A stretch of 64,000 nucleotides of DNA from Clostridia bacterium (GTDB taxonomy: Bacteria; Bacillota; Clostridia; Christensenellales; CAG-138): contig JAFZYC010000045.1 in the NCBI GenBank assembly GCA_017616435.1, forward strand, positions 59,541 to 123,540, given 5' to 3'. Both the position numbers and the translations under genes were made by a program. Under the pieces are notes generated by a model. The model was not told where the DNA came from and did not search any database. It saw only the letters and a list, made by a program, of their open reading frames with translations. Positions 25,557 to 37,725 of the stretch are shown one piece after another (position 1 is the first letter of the stretch; each line of letters starts with the position of its first letter).

Positions 25557-26981
25557 TTACTTTTTCTTCCTGTTCGAGAGCTTCTGCTCGAACCTGTCCT
25601 TGCGGGTCTCCTTGGGGACCTTCGTGGGATACTTGCCGCTGAAGCAGGCGTCGCAGTAGCCGCAGTCCGCGCAGAGCTCGTGTATGTTCTCGATGGGCAG
25701 ATATCCCAGCGAATCCGCGCCTATGAGCTCCGCGATCTCCTCCACGGTATGCTTGCAGGCGATGAGGTTTTCGCGCGTGTCGATATCCGTGCCGTAATAG
25801 CAGGGATTGAGGAACGGCGGCGAGGATATCCTCATGTGTATCTCGGAAGCGCCGGCCTCCCTCAGGAGCCTTACGATCCTGCCGCTCGTGTTGCCGCGGA
25901 CGATCGAATCGTCAATGAGCACCACGCGCTTGCCGCGCACGACCTCCTCTATCGCCGAGAGCTTTATCTTGACCTGGTCGAGACGCATGCTCTGCCCCGG
26001 GGATATGAACGTGCGGCCGATGTATTTGTTCTTTATGAGGCCTATGCTGTACGGCAGGCCGGATTCCATGCTGAACCCGAGCGCCGCGTCGAGCCCCGAA
26101 TCGGGCACGCCGACGACTATATCAGCGTCTGCGGGATGGGCTTTGGCGAGTATCCTGCCCGCGGCGACCCTCGAATCATGCACGGAGACGCCGTCGATCA
26201 CGGAATCGGGCCTTGCGAAATAGATGTATTCGAATATGCAGAGCTTCTTCGGCTTTTTGCCGCAGTGCTCGCGGCGGGACTGGACGCCCTTTTTGCTGAA
26301 CACCAGTATCTCGCCCGGCTCGACGTCGCGGATGACCTCGCCGCCGACGGCCTTTATCGCGCAGCTCTCTGAGGCGACGACGTACATCCCGTCGGGCGTT
26401 TTGCCGTAGCAGAGCGGGCGGAAGCCGTAGGGATCCCTCGCGCAGATGAGCTTCTGCGGGCTCATTAGCAGCAGCGAATAAGCGCCGTCGATGATGTTCA
26501 TGGCGCTGGAGAGCGCGGCTTCGATCGAGGGGGCCTTGAGCCTTTCCTTTGTGATTATGTACGCTATTGTCTCGGTATCGCTCGTGGTGTGGAATATCGC
26601 GCCGGAAAGCTCCAGCTCGTTCCTCAGCTCCACGGCGTTCGAAAGGTTGCCGTTATGGGCGAGCGCCATACGGCCCTTCTGATGATTGACCTCTATGGGC
26701 TGGCAGTTGTTCCTGTTGTTGCCGCCGGTCGTGCCGTAGCGGACGTGGCCGACCGCCATGGCGCCCTTCGGGAACCTTGAAAGCACGTCGCCCGAAAAGA
26801 CCTCGCTCAGAAGACCCAGGTCCTTGTGCGAGGCGAAAACGCCGTCGTCGTTGACGACTATGCCGCAGCTTTCCTGCCCTCTGTGCTGAAGGGCGTAAAG
26901 CCCGTAATATGAAATGCCCGCAACGTCGGTGACCTCCGGAGAGATCACGCCGAATACGCCGCACTCCTCATGGATGCTCAT
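25557..26981 (-). CDS. purF: Amidophosphoribosyltransferase
   Basis: 474 aa. N-terminal nucleophile region MSIHEECGVFGV, PRPP loop VVLIDDSIVRGNT, and a C-terminal Cys cluster CADCGYCDACFSGKYP. Confidence 0.92.
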   Translation of the reverse strand: MSIHEECGVFGVISPEVTDVAGISYYGLYALQHRGQESCGIVVNDDGVFASHKDLGLLSEVFSGDVLSRFPKGAMAVGHVRYGTTGGNNRNNCQPIEVNHQKGRMALAHNGNLSNAVELRNELELSGAIFHTTSDTETIAYIITKERLKAPSIEAALSSAMNIIDGAYSLLLMSPQKLICARDPYGFRPLCYGKTPDGMYVVASESCAIKAVGGEVIRDVEPGEILVFSKKGVQSRREHCGKKPKKLCIFEYIYFARPDSVIDGVSVHDSRVAAGRILAKAHPADADIVVGVPDSGLDAALGFSMESGLPYSIGLIKNKYIGRTFISPGQSMRLDQVKIKLSAIEEVVRGKRVVLIDDSIVRGNTSGRIVRLLREAGASEIHMRISSPPFLNPCYYGTDIDTRENLIACKHTVEEIAELIGADSLGYLPIENIHELCADCGYCDACFSGKYPTKVPKETRKDRFEQKLSNRKKK

Positions 26982-27026
26982 GATTATCCTCCGATCAGAC
27001 TGCTGGTTCTGGACCGCAGGGCATCA

Positions 27027-27055
27027 TTATAATATGCTTTTCGGTATAATTCAAG
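27027..27055 (-). promoter_or_regulatory. Candidate purF promoter
   Basis: On the minus strand: TTGAAT (27055-27050), 17 nt spacer, TATAAT (27032-27027). A short leader follows, with a GGAGG RBS. Confidence 0.5.
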
Positions 27056-27084
27056 AGCCGATGCCATCGGCTCTTCGGTATATT

Positions 27085-27371
27085 TCAGGGACCGATATCC
27101 TCGGCTCTTCCGCATATCACTGTGACGGTATCGTTCTTTACGCTCGCAAATCCGTCCGAGATCTTAAGGCTTGCGATAACGCGGCCTCCGGAGGATATCT
27201 TCGCCTCGGAGCCGGGCTTCAAAGCTGCGATCAGGGGCAGGTGCCCGCGCCTTATGCCGAAGCTGCCTCCGCCCTCGCCCATATCGTTATCCCTCGCCTC
27301 GAGCGTGACGGAATCGCATTCGAGCCTTTTTGCCTCCCCCTCCGGTGTGAGGAGCACGAAAGTCAGAGCCA

Positions 27372-27372
<1 letters not shown>
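27085..27372 (-). CDS. atpC: F-type ATP synthase epsilon subunit, short form (beta-sandwich domain only)
   Basis: The track ORF is 27085-27438. The internal ATG at 27372 overlaps the atpD stop (TGATG). The 95-aa product is MALTFVLLTPEG...IRRGHLPLIAAL.... Confidence 0.75.
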
Positions 27373-29627
<2,255 letters not shown>

Positions 29628-29628
<1 letters not shown>

Positions 29629-31847
29629 CAGCTCGCCTCCTTAAACCTTTTGAGCGCGGCCTTTATGCCCGCTTCGACGGAGCCGCTCATCGCGTTTCCC
29701 GTCTTGAGCGCGGCAGTGAGCTTGGGACATTTGCTTTCGAAATACCCGTAAAGCCCCTTTTCGAAGGCCTCCATGGCCTCGGGCTCGACGTCGTCGGCAA
29801 AGCCCTCCGCCACGGCGTATATGAGGAGCGCCTGCTTCCAGTCGGGAAGCGGCTCGTAGCGTCTCTGCCTGAGCGCGCGCATCATCCTTACGCCCTGATC
29901 GAGCACCTTGCGCGTGCTGTCGTCAAGGTCGGAGCCGAACTGCGCGAAGGTCGCGAGCTCTCGGTACTGCGCGAGCTCCATACGCAGCCTCGACGAGATC
30001 TTTTTCATGAGCTTCGTCTGCGCCGCGGAGCCGACGCGGGATACCGAAAGGCCGACGTTGACCGCCGGGCGCTGACCCTCGTTGAACAGATCGGATTCGA
30101 GGAATATCTGTCCGTCGGTGATCGATATGACGTTCGTGGGGATGTAGGCGGAGATATCGCCCGCCTGCGTTTCGATGATGGGGAGCGCGGTAACGGAGCC
30201 TCCGCCCGCCTCGGGCGAGAGTCTTGCCGCGCGCTCCAAAAGCCTTGAATGGAGATAGAACACGTCGCCGGGATACGCCTCACGGCCGGAAGGCCTGTGC
30301 AGCAGGAGCGAGAGCTCGCGGTACGCGACGGCGTGCTTTGAAAGATCGTCATAGACTATGAGGCAGTCGCGGCCGGAGTACATGAAGTATTCGCTCATAG
30401 CGGCGCCGGCGAACGGCGCGATGTACTGCATCGACGCGGAGCTCGAAGCCGGCGCGGAGACTATCGTTGTGTACTCCATAGCGCCGTATTTTTCGAGCTT
30501 GGAGCGGATCTCCGCGACGGTGGAGTCCTTCTGCCCTATCGCAACGTATATGCAGGGCACGTTCTTGCCCTTCTGATTTATTATGGTATCGATCGCGAGA
30601 GCGGATTTGCCCGTCTGGCGGTCGCCTATTATGAGCTCCCTCTGCCCGCGGCCGATGGGAACGAGCGCGTCTATCGCCTTAAGTCCGGTATGCAGCGGCA
30701 CGGATACCGAGCGCCTGTCGGGTATGCCCGGCGCGCCGAACTCTATCGGGCGGCGCTCCCTCGTCCTTATCCTGTCCTTGCCGTCTATGGGGCGGCCGAG
30801 CGGGTCCACGACCCTGCCCAAAAGCTCCTCGCCCACGGGCACGCTCGCTATCCTGCCGACCCTTCTGACGCGGCTAAGCGTCTCGATATGCTCGTACTTG
30901 CCGAACACGACGCAGCCTATCCTTTCGGGCTCGATATCGAGTATCATGCCCCTTTCGCCGCATTCGAACTCCACGACCTCGCCGTACATGATATCGGCAA
31001 GACCGTCAAGACGGCAGATGCCGTCCGAAACGGAGAGCACGCGGCCGAGCTGGAACACGTCTATGCGCGGCTCCGCCTCCTCTATGCCCTGCATGAGATC
31101 GGCAAGTATGCCGTCCGCGTCGAGCTTTTCTGGAAGCGGCCGCTTGAGAAGATCGCGCTCCAGATGGTACAGCCGGTTCTTGACCGTGCAGTCGTAGACG
31201 GTATCGCCTATCCTGAGGCGCAGTCCTCCTATGAGCTCCGGATCCGTCCTGACCCAGTACGAGGGCTTGCCGCCGACCTTATCGAGCAGCTCCTTCGCCC
31301 TTTCGCCGATCCTTTCGGTCAGCTCCTCGTCGAGCGGGAACGCGCTCGTCAGCGTGACGTACAGCACGTCGTGGTGCATGAGGTAGCACATATCGCCGGG
31401 CGTGAGCTCCAGCTTTTCGAGTATCTTATCCGCGTAGTCCCTTTCGCGCCGGCGGATGCCGCCCGCCTGAGGCTCCTCGGCGAGATACCCGGCGAGCCTC
31501 TTGCAGAGCTCCTTGACCGCCCTCTCGCGCTCCGTGACTATCATATCCCTGAGCTCGCCCTCGGAGGCGTTCTCCGCCTCGCTCAGCATAGCGAGCTTCT
31601 TTTCCTCATATCTGCGGCGCATCTCCTCGAGCGCGGCGTCGTCCCGCGGCTCCTCGGGGAGCTCGGGAAGCGGCGCTTCTTCCGTCTCGCCTTCGTAATA
31701 GGCGCGCTCGATAGTCTCCGCTTCGTCGAGAGCGGCGTTTATCTCCTCCCTGCGGGAGGCGAATATCCTTTTTATCGGTTTCCTTCCGACGAGCCATACG
31801 ATGCCCGCGAGCAGAAGGAAATTGATCAGCGTGTATACGTATTCCAT
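29628..31847 (-). CDS. atpA: Fusion protein: b-like membrane stalk + delta (OSCP) + alpha subunit of F-type ATP synthase
   Basis: A single uninterrupted 739-aa ORF. Residues 1-45 are b-like (INFLLLAGIVWLVGRKPIKRIFASRREEI). The delta C-terminal signature is PELIGGLRLRIGDTVYDCTVKNRL. The alpha part runs from about residue 255 (Walker A GDRQTGKS, ...PAVNVGLSVSRVG). Confidence 0.85.
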
Positions 31848-32276
31848 TTATTTCTGTCCGCCCGAGACGAGCCTTTTCGCGAATGCGGCCATGAGCTCTT
31901 CCATCGACGAATCGAGCCTGCCGCCTATCTCGTCCCTCAGCGTCTCCTCAGCTTCCTTTTTGCGGGCGCGGCCGGCCTCGATATCGCGCGATACGGCCTC
32001 GATCTCCGCCTCCATAGCCCTGCGTTCGCGCTCCATGAGCAGCTCGCGCTCCTCCCTTTCGCTCTCGAGCGCCTCCTCGAGCCGTTTCCTTTCCGCTTCC
32101 TCCGCCATGAGCTTCCGCTCCGCCGTCTTCTCCTTGAGCACGCGGGCGTTCTCTATCCTCTCGCGGCGCTCGTCGAGGAGCTTCAAAACAGGCTTAAAGA
32201 GCAGTCTGTCGAGCACGAGCGCGAACAGGCCGAAGCAGATCACGGTCCATATTATCTGTGAAACGTCGATGGACAT
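31848..32276 (-). CDS. atpF: F-type ATP synthase b subunit
   Basis: 142 aa. N-terminal TM segment, then FKPVLKLLDERRERIENA and a long charged helix. Confidence 0.8.
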   Translation of the reverse strand: MSIDVSQIIWTVICFGLFALVLDRLLFKPVLKLLDERRERIENARVLKEKTAERKLMAEEAERKRLEEALESEREERELLMERERRAMEAEIEAVSRDIEAGRARKKEAEETLRDEIGGRLDSSMEELMAAFAKRLVSGGQK

Positions 32277-32323
32277 ACAAGGTCCCCCTGCGGCTCATGC
32301 GCCGCCACGATCTCTTTTTTCGA

Positions 32324-32557
32324 TCAGCCGATCTTGCCTATCAGCATGAAAGCGATGAGCAGGCCGTAGATCGTAAGCGCCTCCATCAGCGCGAGCGAGA
32401 TGAGCAGCGTGGAGCGGATCTCCTTCGCCGCGTCGGGCTGCCTTGCGATGCTTTCGAGCGCGGCCTTTGCCGCCCTGCCCTGGCCAAGCGCCGGGCCCAA
32501 GGTGGAGAGCGCTATCGCGATGGCTGCCGCGATGGCAATAAGTGCGGATTCGGTCAT
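32324..32557 (-). CDS. atpE: F-type ATP synthase c subunit
   Basis: 77-aa hairpin protein. Loop ARQPDA and carboxylate in [11 protein letters not shown]. Confidence 0.9.
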   Translation of the reverse strand: MTESALIAIAAAIAIALSTLGPALGQGRAAKAALESIARQPDAAKEIRSTLLISLALMEALTIYGLLIAFMLIGKIG

Positions 32558-32594
32558 GGTTTTTGATCTCCTTTTCAGGTCTTATTGGCTGTGA

Positions 32595-33257
32595 TTATTC
32601 GTCTATGAACTCCTGCAGGTAGGAGGCCGTGAGCATGGTGTAGACCATCGCCTGTATCGCGCAGAACAAAAGCGACAGCGCCATGATCGGTATCGGCGCG
32701 CCTATCGGCAGTATCTTATAAAGCTGTTCCGTAATCGTTTCCTCGCCGAAAATGTTGCCGAAGAGCCTCAGCGCGAGGGAGGCGGGCTTAATTAGCTCAT
32801 CCATGAGCAGGAGCGGAAGTATCGGCGAAAGGAAATGCTTGAGGTAATGCTTCGCACCCCTGCGGATAGCGGATATCTGAATGAACAGGAACGCGAGTAT
32901 CGAGAGACCGAGCGTCACGGAGAGGGACGAGGTCGGCGCCTTGAAGAAGCGGGAGATGCCGACGCCGGGAATGAGCCCGGTGTAGTTGGCGAAGATAATG
33001 AAGCAGAAGAGCGAGCCCAGGAACCAGATGTACCTGCGTGCGTTCTCCCTGCCGAGGATATCCGTAAAGAAGCCGTCGAGGTATTCGACGCCCTTCTCTA
33101 TCACGTTCTGGAACCTGCCGGGGCGTTCTTTGAGCCTGCGGGTAACGAGAAAACAGACGATCGCAGTCAGCGCGATGATGACGAGCATCGTCACGACCTC
33201 CGGCGTTATGTCGAGTATCCCGAATATCCTTACGATCGGTTCGGACTTTTCACCCAT
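32595..33257 (-). CDS. atpB: F-type ATP synthase a subunit
   Basis: 220-aa polytopic protein with the conserved LALRLFGNIFGEE (essential Arg). Confidence 0.88.
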   Translation of the reverse strand: MGEKSEPIVRIFGILDITPEVVTMLVIIALTAIVCFLVTRRLKERPGRFQNVIEKGVEYLDGFFTDILGRENARRYIWFLGSLFCFIIFANYTGLIPGVGISRFFKAPTSSLSVTLGLSILAFLFIQISAIRRGAKHYLKHFLSPILPLLLMDELIKPASLALRLFGNIFGEETITEQLYKILPIGAPIPIMALSLLFCAIQAMVYTMLTASYLQEFIDE

Positions 33258-33564
33258 TCGCGTTTTCCTCCGCCGCTTCCCCGCCCTCGGCGCCGCGATC
33301 CTTCAGCAGGCGCGAAGTGAAGAAAATGAGCCCCGCGGTATGCCCGACCGCCCCCGGTATGAGCGTGAAGAGCGGATCTATGCCGAGCTTTCCCGAAATA
33401 AAATACAGCGCGGCAAGATAACCCGCCGCAGTGAGAGTGCGCAGGGGCATGGCAAGATACATGCCGCCGCCCCTTTTTATGGCCGCGCGCGTGATGAGAT
33501 CGTTTATGAACGATGTCAGCACTCCGCCCGCGAAGGCGAGGAGCGCCGGAAGGATCGTCTTCAT
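33250..33564 (-). CDS. atpI: Small membrane protein at the head of the atp operon (AtpI/AtpZ-like)
   Basis: 104 aa with 3-4 hydrophobic segments. It overlaps the atpB start by 8 nt. The call rests on position only. Confidence 0.45.
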   Translation of the reverse strand: MKTILPALLAFAGGVLTSFINDLITRAAIKRGGGMYLAMPLRTLTAAGYLAALYFISGKLGIDPLFTLIPGAVGHTAGLIFFTSRLLKDRGAEGGEAAEENANG

Positions 33565-33776
33565 CCCGCGGACCTCCTTATATATTATTTGATGATTATA
33601 TCACAATCCGTCCTCGGATGTCAACATAGGCGCATCATCCATTTCGCCCTTTACCTCGGAGGGAAAAAGGTGTAAAATATCCTTTGAGCGGCATGGGACG
33701 CGGCTTCCCTCCCGCTCTGTCTACAAAACAGTTTTTGCCGAATATTCTTAAACCATAATAACCTTTCGGAGAGCTT

Positions 33777-34850
33777 ATGAAAAAGATTTTGATGACGGGC
33801 GGCGGCTCGGCGGGGCATGTGACCCCGAACATCGCTCTGTTTCCCGGCCTGCGCGAGGCCGGCTTCGAGATCCACTACGCCGGTCTTAAGGACGGCATAG
33901 AATACGGCCTTATCACCGCGCAGGAGGGCGTGACGTTCCACCCGATCGAATCCGGCAAGCTGCGCAGGTATCTCTCGCTCAAGAACCTTCTTAGCCCCTT
34001 CAAGGTGATAAAGGGCGTATCTCAGGCGAAGCGCCTCGTGAACGAGCTCAAGCCGGACGTCGTATTCTCCAAGGGCGGGTTCGTCAGCGTGCCCGTAGTA
34101 ATGGCGGCCGCGGGCAAATGCCCGGTCGTCTGTCATGAATCGGATTACACCCCCGGGCTCGCGAACAAGATCGCCTCCCGCTACGCGGACACGATCTGCG
34201 TCACGTTCGAGGACACGATCGCCCTCGCCGGGGACAGGATATCAAAAAAGATGGTCCACACCGGCACTCCCATCCGCCCGGAGCTTTACAACGGAGTAAG
34301 GGAGAAGGGCCTTGCCGCGATGGGCTTTGCCGGCGATAAGCCCGTGCTCATGGTCATGGGCGGCAGTCTCGGCGCCGCGGCCGTCAACGACGGCGTGAGG
34401 GCGGCGCTGCCCGAGCTTACCGAAAGGTTCGATATAGTGCACCTGTGCGGAAAGGGCAAGGTCGACGAAAGCGTCTCCCGCCCCGGCTACCGCCAGTTCG
34501 AATACGTCGGCCCGGAGCTGCCCGATATGCTCGCGGCTACGGACGTCGTCATCTCCCGCGCGGGCGCGAACGCGGTGTTCGAGTTCATGGCGCTCGGCAT
34601 ACCCGCGCTGCTCATACCCCTTCCCCTTGAGGCAAGCCGCGGCGACCAGATACTGAACGCCGACTACGTAGTTAAGAAGGGCTATGCGGAAAAGCTGGAG
34701 CAGAAGGATATAACGACCGAAGCGCTAAAAGAAAAGGTCTTCTCGCTCTACGACAGGCGCGCGGAGCTCACCCGCCTCATGAAGGCAGATCCCCTGCTCG
34801 ACGGCACCGAGGAGGTGCTCGAAGAGATAATGAAGGCCTGCGGAAAATAA
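33777..34850 (+). CDS. murG: Undecaprenyldiphospho-muramoylpentapeptide beta-N-acetylglucosaminyltransferase (MurG family)
   Basis: 357 aa. N-terminal TGGGSAGHVTPNIAL, then HESDYTPGLANK, and C-terminal GT-B motifs VISRAGANAVFE. Confidence 0.8.
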   Translation: MKKILMTGGGSAGHVTPNIALFPGLREAGFEIHYAGLKDGIEYGLITAQEGVTFHPIESGKLRRYLSLKNLLSPFKVIKGVSQAKRLVNELKPDVVFSKGGFVSVPVVMAAAGKCPVVCHESDYTPGLANKIASRYADTICVTFEDTIALAGDRISKKMVHTGTPIRPELYNGVREKGLAAMGFAGDKPVLMVMGGSLGAAAVNDGVRAALPELTERFDIVHLCGKGKVDESVSRPGYRQFEYVGPELPDMLAATDVVISRAGANAVFEFMALGIPALLIPLPLEASRGDQILNADYVVKKGYAEKLEQKDITTEALKEKVFSLYDRRAELTRLMKADPLLDGTEEVLEEIMKACGK

Positions 34851-34856
34851 CCACCG

Positions 34857-36407
34857 ATGAAGAAACTCACCAAAGAAGAGATAATAAAAATACTGGGCGA
34901 GCCCAACGGCGCGGAAAAGCTGACCGGCATGAACGTCGATCCCGACGCGCTCTTTGACAGCGCCTCCGCGCTTTTCAAGGAGAACGGCTCGGCCTCCGCG
35001 CTGCTCATACGCCTCGTCAACAAGAAGCAGTACCTCGTGCGGCTCTCGGAGGATAAGGAGTTCCTTTCGGCGCTCGGGCGGGAGCTTTCGGGCGATAACG
35101 CAAAGCTCCGCCGCAACGCGGCGAGGCTCATCGGCGCAATGAAGCTTACCGATATGACGGACGAGCTCATAAGCGCCATTTCGAAGGAGGATCAGCGCTT
35201 CGTTCGCCCCTCCATGCTGCTCGCTCTGGGCAGCCTCGGCGGGGAAAAAGCGGAAGGCTGCCTTCGCTCATACCGCGCGGCGCCGCCCGCCGACGATACG
35301 GAAAAGAAGCATTATGAGGAGGAGACACGCGCGCTGACTACTGCGCTCCGCTCATTCGCTCCCAAGGAGGAGCATGTCTTCACCGGGCTCGCAAAGCCCA
35401 TGACGGCCGAGCTGCGCGCGCCGGATCTTTTGACGCACGTGCTCGCGGACGAGCTCGCGGATCTCGGCTTCGCCTCTTTCGACGACCGTCACGACAGCCT
35501 TAAGACCACGGTTTCGGATCTTTCTGCCCTCTATAACGCCCGATGCTTTTCTGAGGCGCTGTTCCCCATAGGCACTGTCACGGCGGACGCAGCCGCGATA
35601 GCGAAAAAGGCCGTTCCCTTCCTTGAGGAGCTGATGCGCTCCTCCCATTCGGGCAGGCCGCCGTTCAGGTTCCGCGTGGAGCTCAAGATACCCATGAAGA
35701 CCCCCGCCCTGCGTCAGGAGCTCGTGAGGGAGATATCCGACCGCTGCGAGAGCGCATCCCTTGTGAACGCGCCTTCCGATTACGAGGTCGAGCTCCGCGT
35801 CGAGGGCAGCGAAAAGAACGCGCGGCTCTATGCCAAGCTGTTTACGTTCCGCGACGAGCGGTTCTCTTACCGCGCGGAGTCCATACCCGCGTCCATGAGC
35901 CCGTACGTCGCAGCGGCGGTATTGCGGTTCGCATCCGACTATCTTTCCGTCAACGCGAGGGTATTGGACCCCTGCTGCGGCAGCGGCACGTTCCTCATAG
36001 AGCGCGGGCTCATGTCCCCCTGCGCCTCGCTCACGGGCGTCGACATAGCTCATAACGCGATAGACGTCGCGCGGCGCAACACCGCGCTTTCGGGCGTGAA
36101 CGCCAAATACACGGTGAACGACATATTGAGGTTCGAGTGCCACCGCCCCTATGACGAGCTCATCGCCAATCTGCCCTTCGGCAACCGCGTGGGGAGCCAT
36201 TCCTCCTGCGAAAAGCTCTATGCGGGGCTCCTTGCGAAGCTCCCGCAGCTCGTAAAGAAGGGCGGCGTCGCGATACTCTATACGATGGAGTTCACGCTCC
36301 TCAAAAGGCTCATACGCGAACAGGGCGAAAGGCTCACGCTCCTCTCCCAGCAAAGGACGGAGGCGGGCGGCCTTACGCCGATGATATTCATACTGAGGAT
36401 CGAATGA
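34857..36407 (+). CDS. THUMP-like/class I SAM-dependent RNA methyltransferase with an N-terminal HEAT-like region
   Basis: 516 aa. SAM motif VLDPCCGSGTFLIE and catalytic-type motif ANLPFG. Confidence 0.65.
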   Translation: MKKLTKEEIIKILGEPNGAEKLTGMNVDPDALFDSASALFKENGSASALLIRLVNKKQYLVRLSEDKEFLSALGRELSGDNAKLRRNAARLIGAMKLTDMTDELISAISKEDQRFVRPSMLLALGSLGGEKAEGCLRSYRAAPPADDTEKKHYEEETRALTTALRSFAPKEEHVFTGLAKPMTAELRAPDLLTHVLADELADLGFASFDDRHDSLKTTVSDLSALYNARCFSEALFPIGTVTADAAAIAKKAVPFLEELMRSSHSGRPPFRFRVELKIPMKTPALRQELVREISDRCESASLVNAPSDYEVELRVEGSEKNARLYAKLFTFRDERFSYRAESIPASMSPYVAAAVLRFASDYLSVNARVLDPCCGSGTFLIERGLMSPCASLTGVDIAHNAIDVARRNTALSGVNAKYTVNDILRFECHRPYDELIANLPFGNRVGSHSSCEKLYAGLLAKLPQLVKKGGVAILYTMEFTLLKRLIREQGERLTLLSQQRTEAGGLTPMIFILRIE

Positions 36408-36408
36408 C

Positions 36409-37590
36409 ATGACCGAACGACTTTACTACATAACGCCGATGCTGACCTCCTGCGAGGCGCGCGTCGTTTCCTCACACGAGGAGGGCGGCCGCTTTTTCGC
36501 CGTGCTCGACCGCACAGTGATATTCCCGGAGGGCGGCGGACAGCCCGCGGATCGCGGTATGATAGGCGAAGCCCGCGTAACGGACGCGAAGGAGCAGGAC
36601 GGCGAGGTGGTGCACGAGACCGACCGCCTTCTGGACGCCGGCTCGAGCGTCACAGTGACGCTCGACGTTCCCCGCCGCCTCGACCACAGCGAGCAGCACA
36701 CGGGCGAGCACATACTTTCCGGGCTCGCGCACAAGCTGTTCGGAGCGAAGAACGTGGGCTTCCACATGGCGGAGGACTACTGCACGATAGACCTTGACGT
36801 CTTCCTTTCGGAGGAGCAGCTCTCGCGCCTCGAGGCCGAGGCCAACGCCGCGGTGAGGCGGAACGCGCCCGTTGTTCCAGAGGAGATGGACCGCGCGAAG
36901 CTCGACGCCATAACCATACGCAAAAAATCGGACGTAAAGTCCGACGAAATCCGCGTCGTCTGGATCGGCGGCGGCGATATCGATTCCTGCACCTGCTGCG
37001 GCACGCACTGCGCGACGACGGGCGAGGTCGGCTATATCCGCATCGTCGATTCGCAGAAATACAAGGGCGGGACAAGGCTCTGGTTCTCCTGCGGCGGAAG
37101 GGCAGTCAGGGAGGCTTCCGAGCTCACCCGCGCCATGACCGAGCTTGCAAGGAGCTATTCCACCTCCCGAAGCGAGCTCCCCGCCGCGGTCAGGAAGCAG
37201 TCGGAGGAGCTTTCGCAGGCCAAGCGCGAGCTAAAAGCGAGGACCCAGGCGCTCTGCGACGGCATCGCGCTCGCGCACGGCGAAGAGATAGCGGTGATAT
37301 CCGCGGAGGGCTTCGGCGCGAACGACGTCAAGATGCTGACCGAAAGTCTTATCCGCGGCGGCGCTAAGGTCGCGCTCGCATTCGGCCGCAGCGGCGGCGC
37401 GACGCATTACCGCGCGCTGCGCGCGGAGGGAGTTTCCGCGCCGATGAACGAGCTTGTCAAGGCCGTGAACGGACTTATGGGCGGCAAGGGCGGCGGCAGC
37501 CCCGCTTTCGCGCAGGGCTCGGCAAAGGCGCCAGTCACCGAGGAGATCATATCGGCGATCAGAAGGATGCTGGAAGGCTGGATGAAATGA
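36409..37590 (+). CDS. alaX: Alanyl-tRNA editing protein (AlaX-L type)
   Basis: 393 aa. Zinc motifs HTGEHILSG and CCGTHC. A C-terminal DHHA1-like segment is present. Confidence 0.8.
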   Translation: MTERLYYITPMLTSCEARVVSSHEEGGRFFAVLDRTVIFPEGGGQPADRGMIGEARVTDAKEQDGEVVHETDRLLDAGSSVTVTLDVPRRLDHSEQHTGEHILSGLAHKLFGAKNVGFHMAEDYCTIDLDVFLSEEQLSRLEAEANAAVRRNAPVVPEEMDRAKLDAITIRKKSDVKSDEIRVVWIGGGDIDSCTCCGTHCATTGEVGYIRIVDSQKYKGGTRLWFSCGGRAVREASELTRAMTELARSYSTSRSELPAAVRKQSEELSQAKRELKARTQALCDGIALAHGEEIAVISAEGFGANDVKMLTESLIRGGAKVALAFGRSGGATHYRALRAEGVSAPMNELVKAVNGLMGGKGGGSPAFAQGSAKAPVTEEIISAIRRMLEGWMK

Positions 37591-37614
37591 CCGATGACCG
37601 ATAGCTAAAAATTT

Positions 37615-37645
37615 GCCGCGGAATAACCGCGGCTTTTTTTGTTTT
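37615..37645 (+). terminator. Rho-independent terminator after alaX
   Basis: Arms gccgcgg (37615-37621) and ccgcggc (37627-37633), followed by tttttttgtttt. Confidence 0.8.
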
Positions 37646-37725
37646 CCGCGGCGCTAACGGGTTGACATTGCATAGGATCCGTTGTATACTTCATCTTGTA
37701 GAACAAACAACAGCGGAGGTGCGCC

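Noticed and set aside
32324-32557. Na+-specific c subunit
   Set aside because: The Gln (GQG) and the Glu/Tyr of the motif are present. The position after the carboxylate is Ala (MEALTIY) rather than Ser/Thr, so the full Na+-binding signature is not met.
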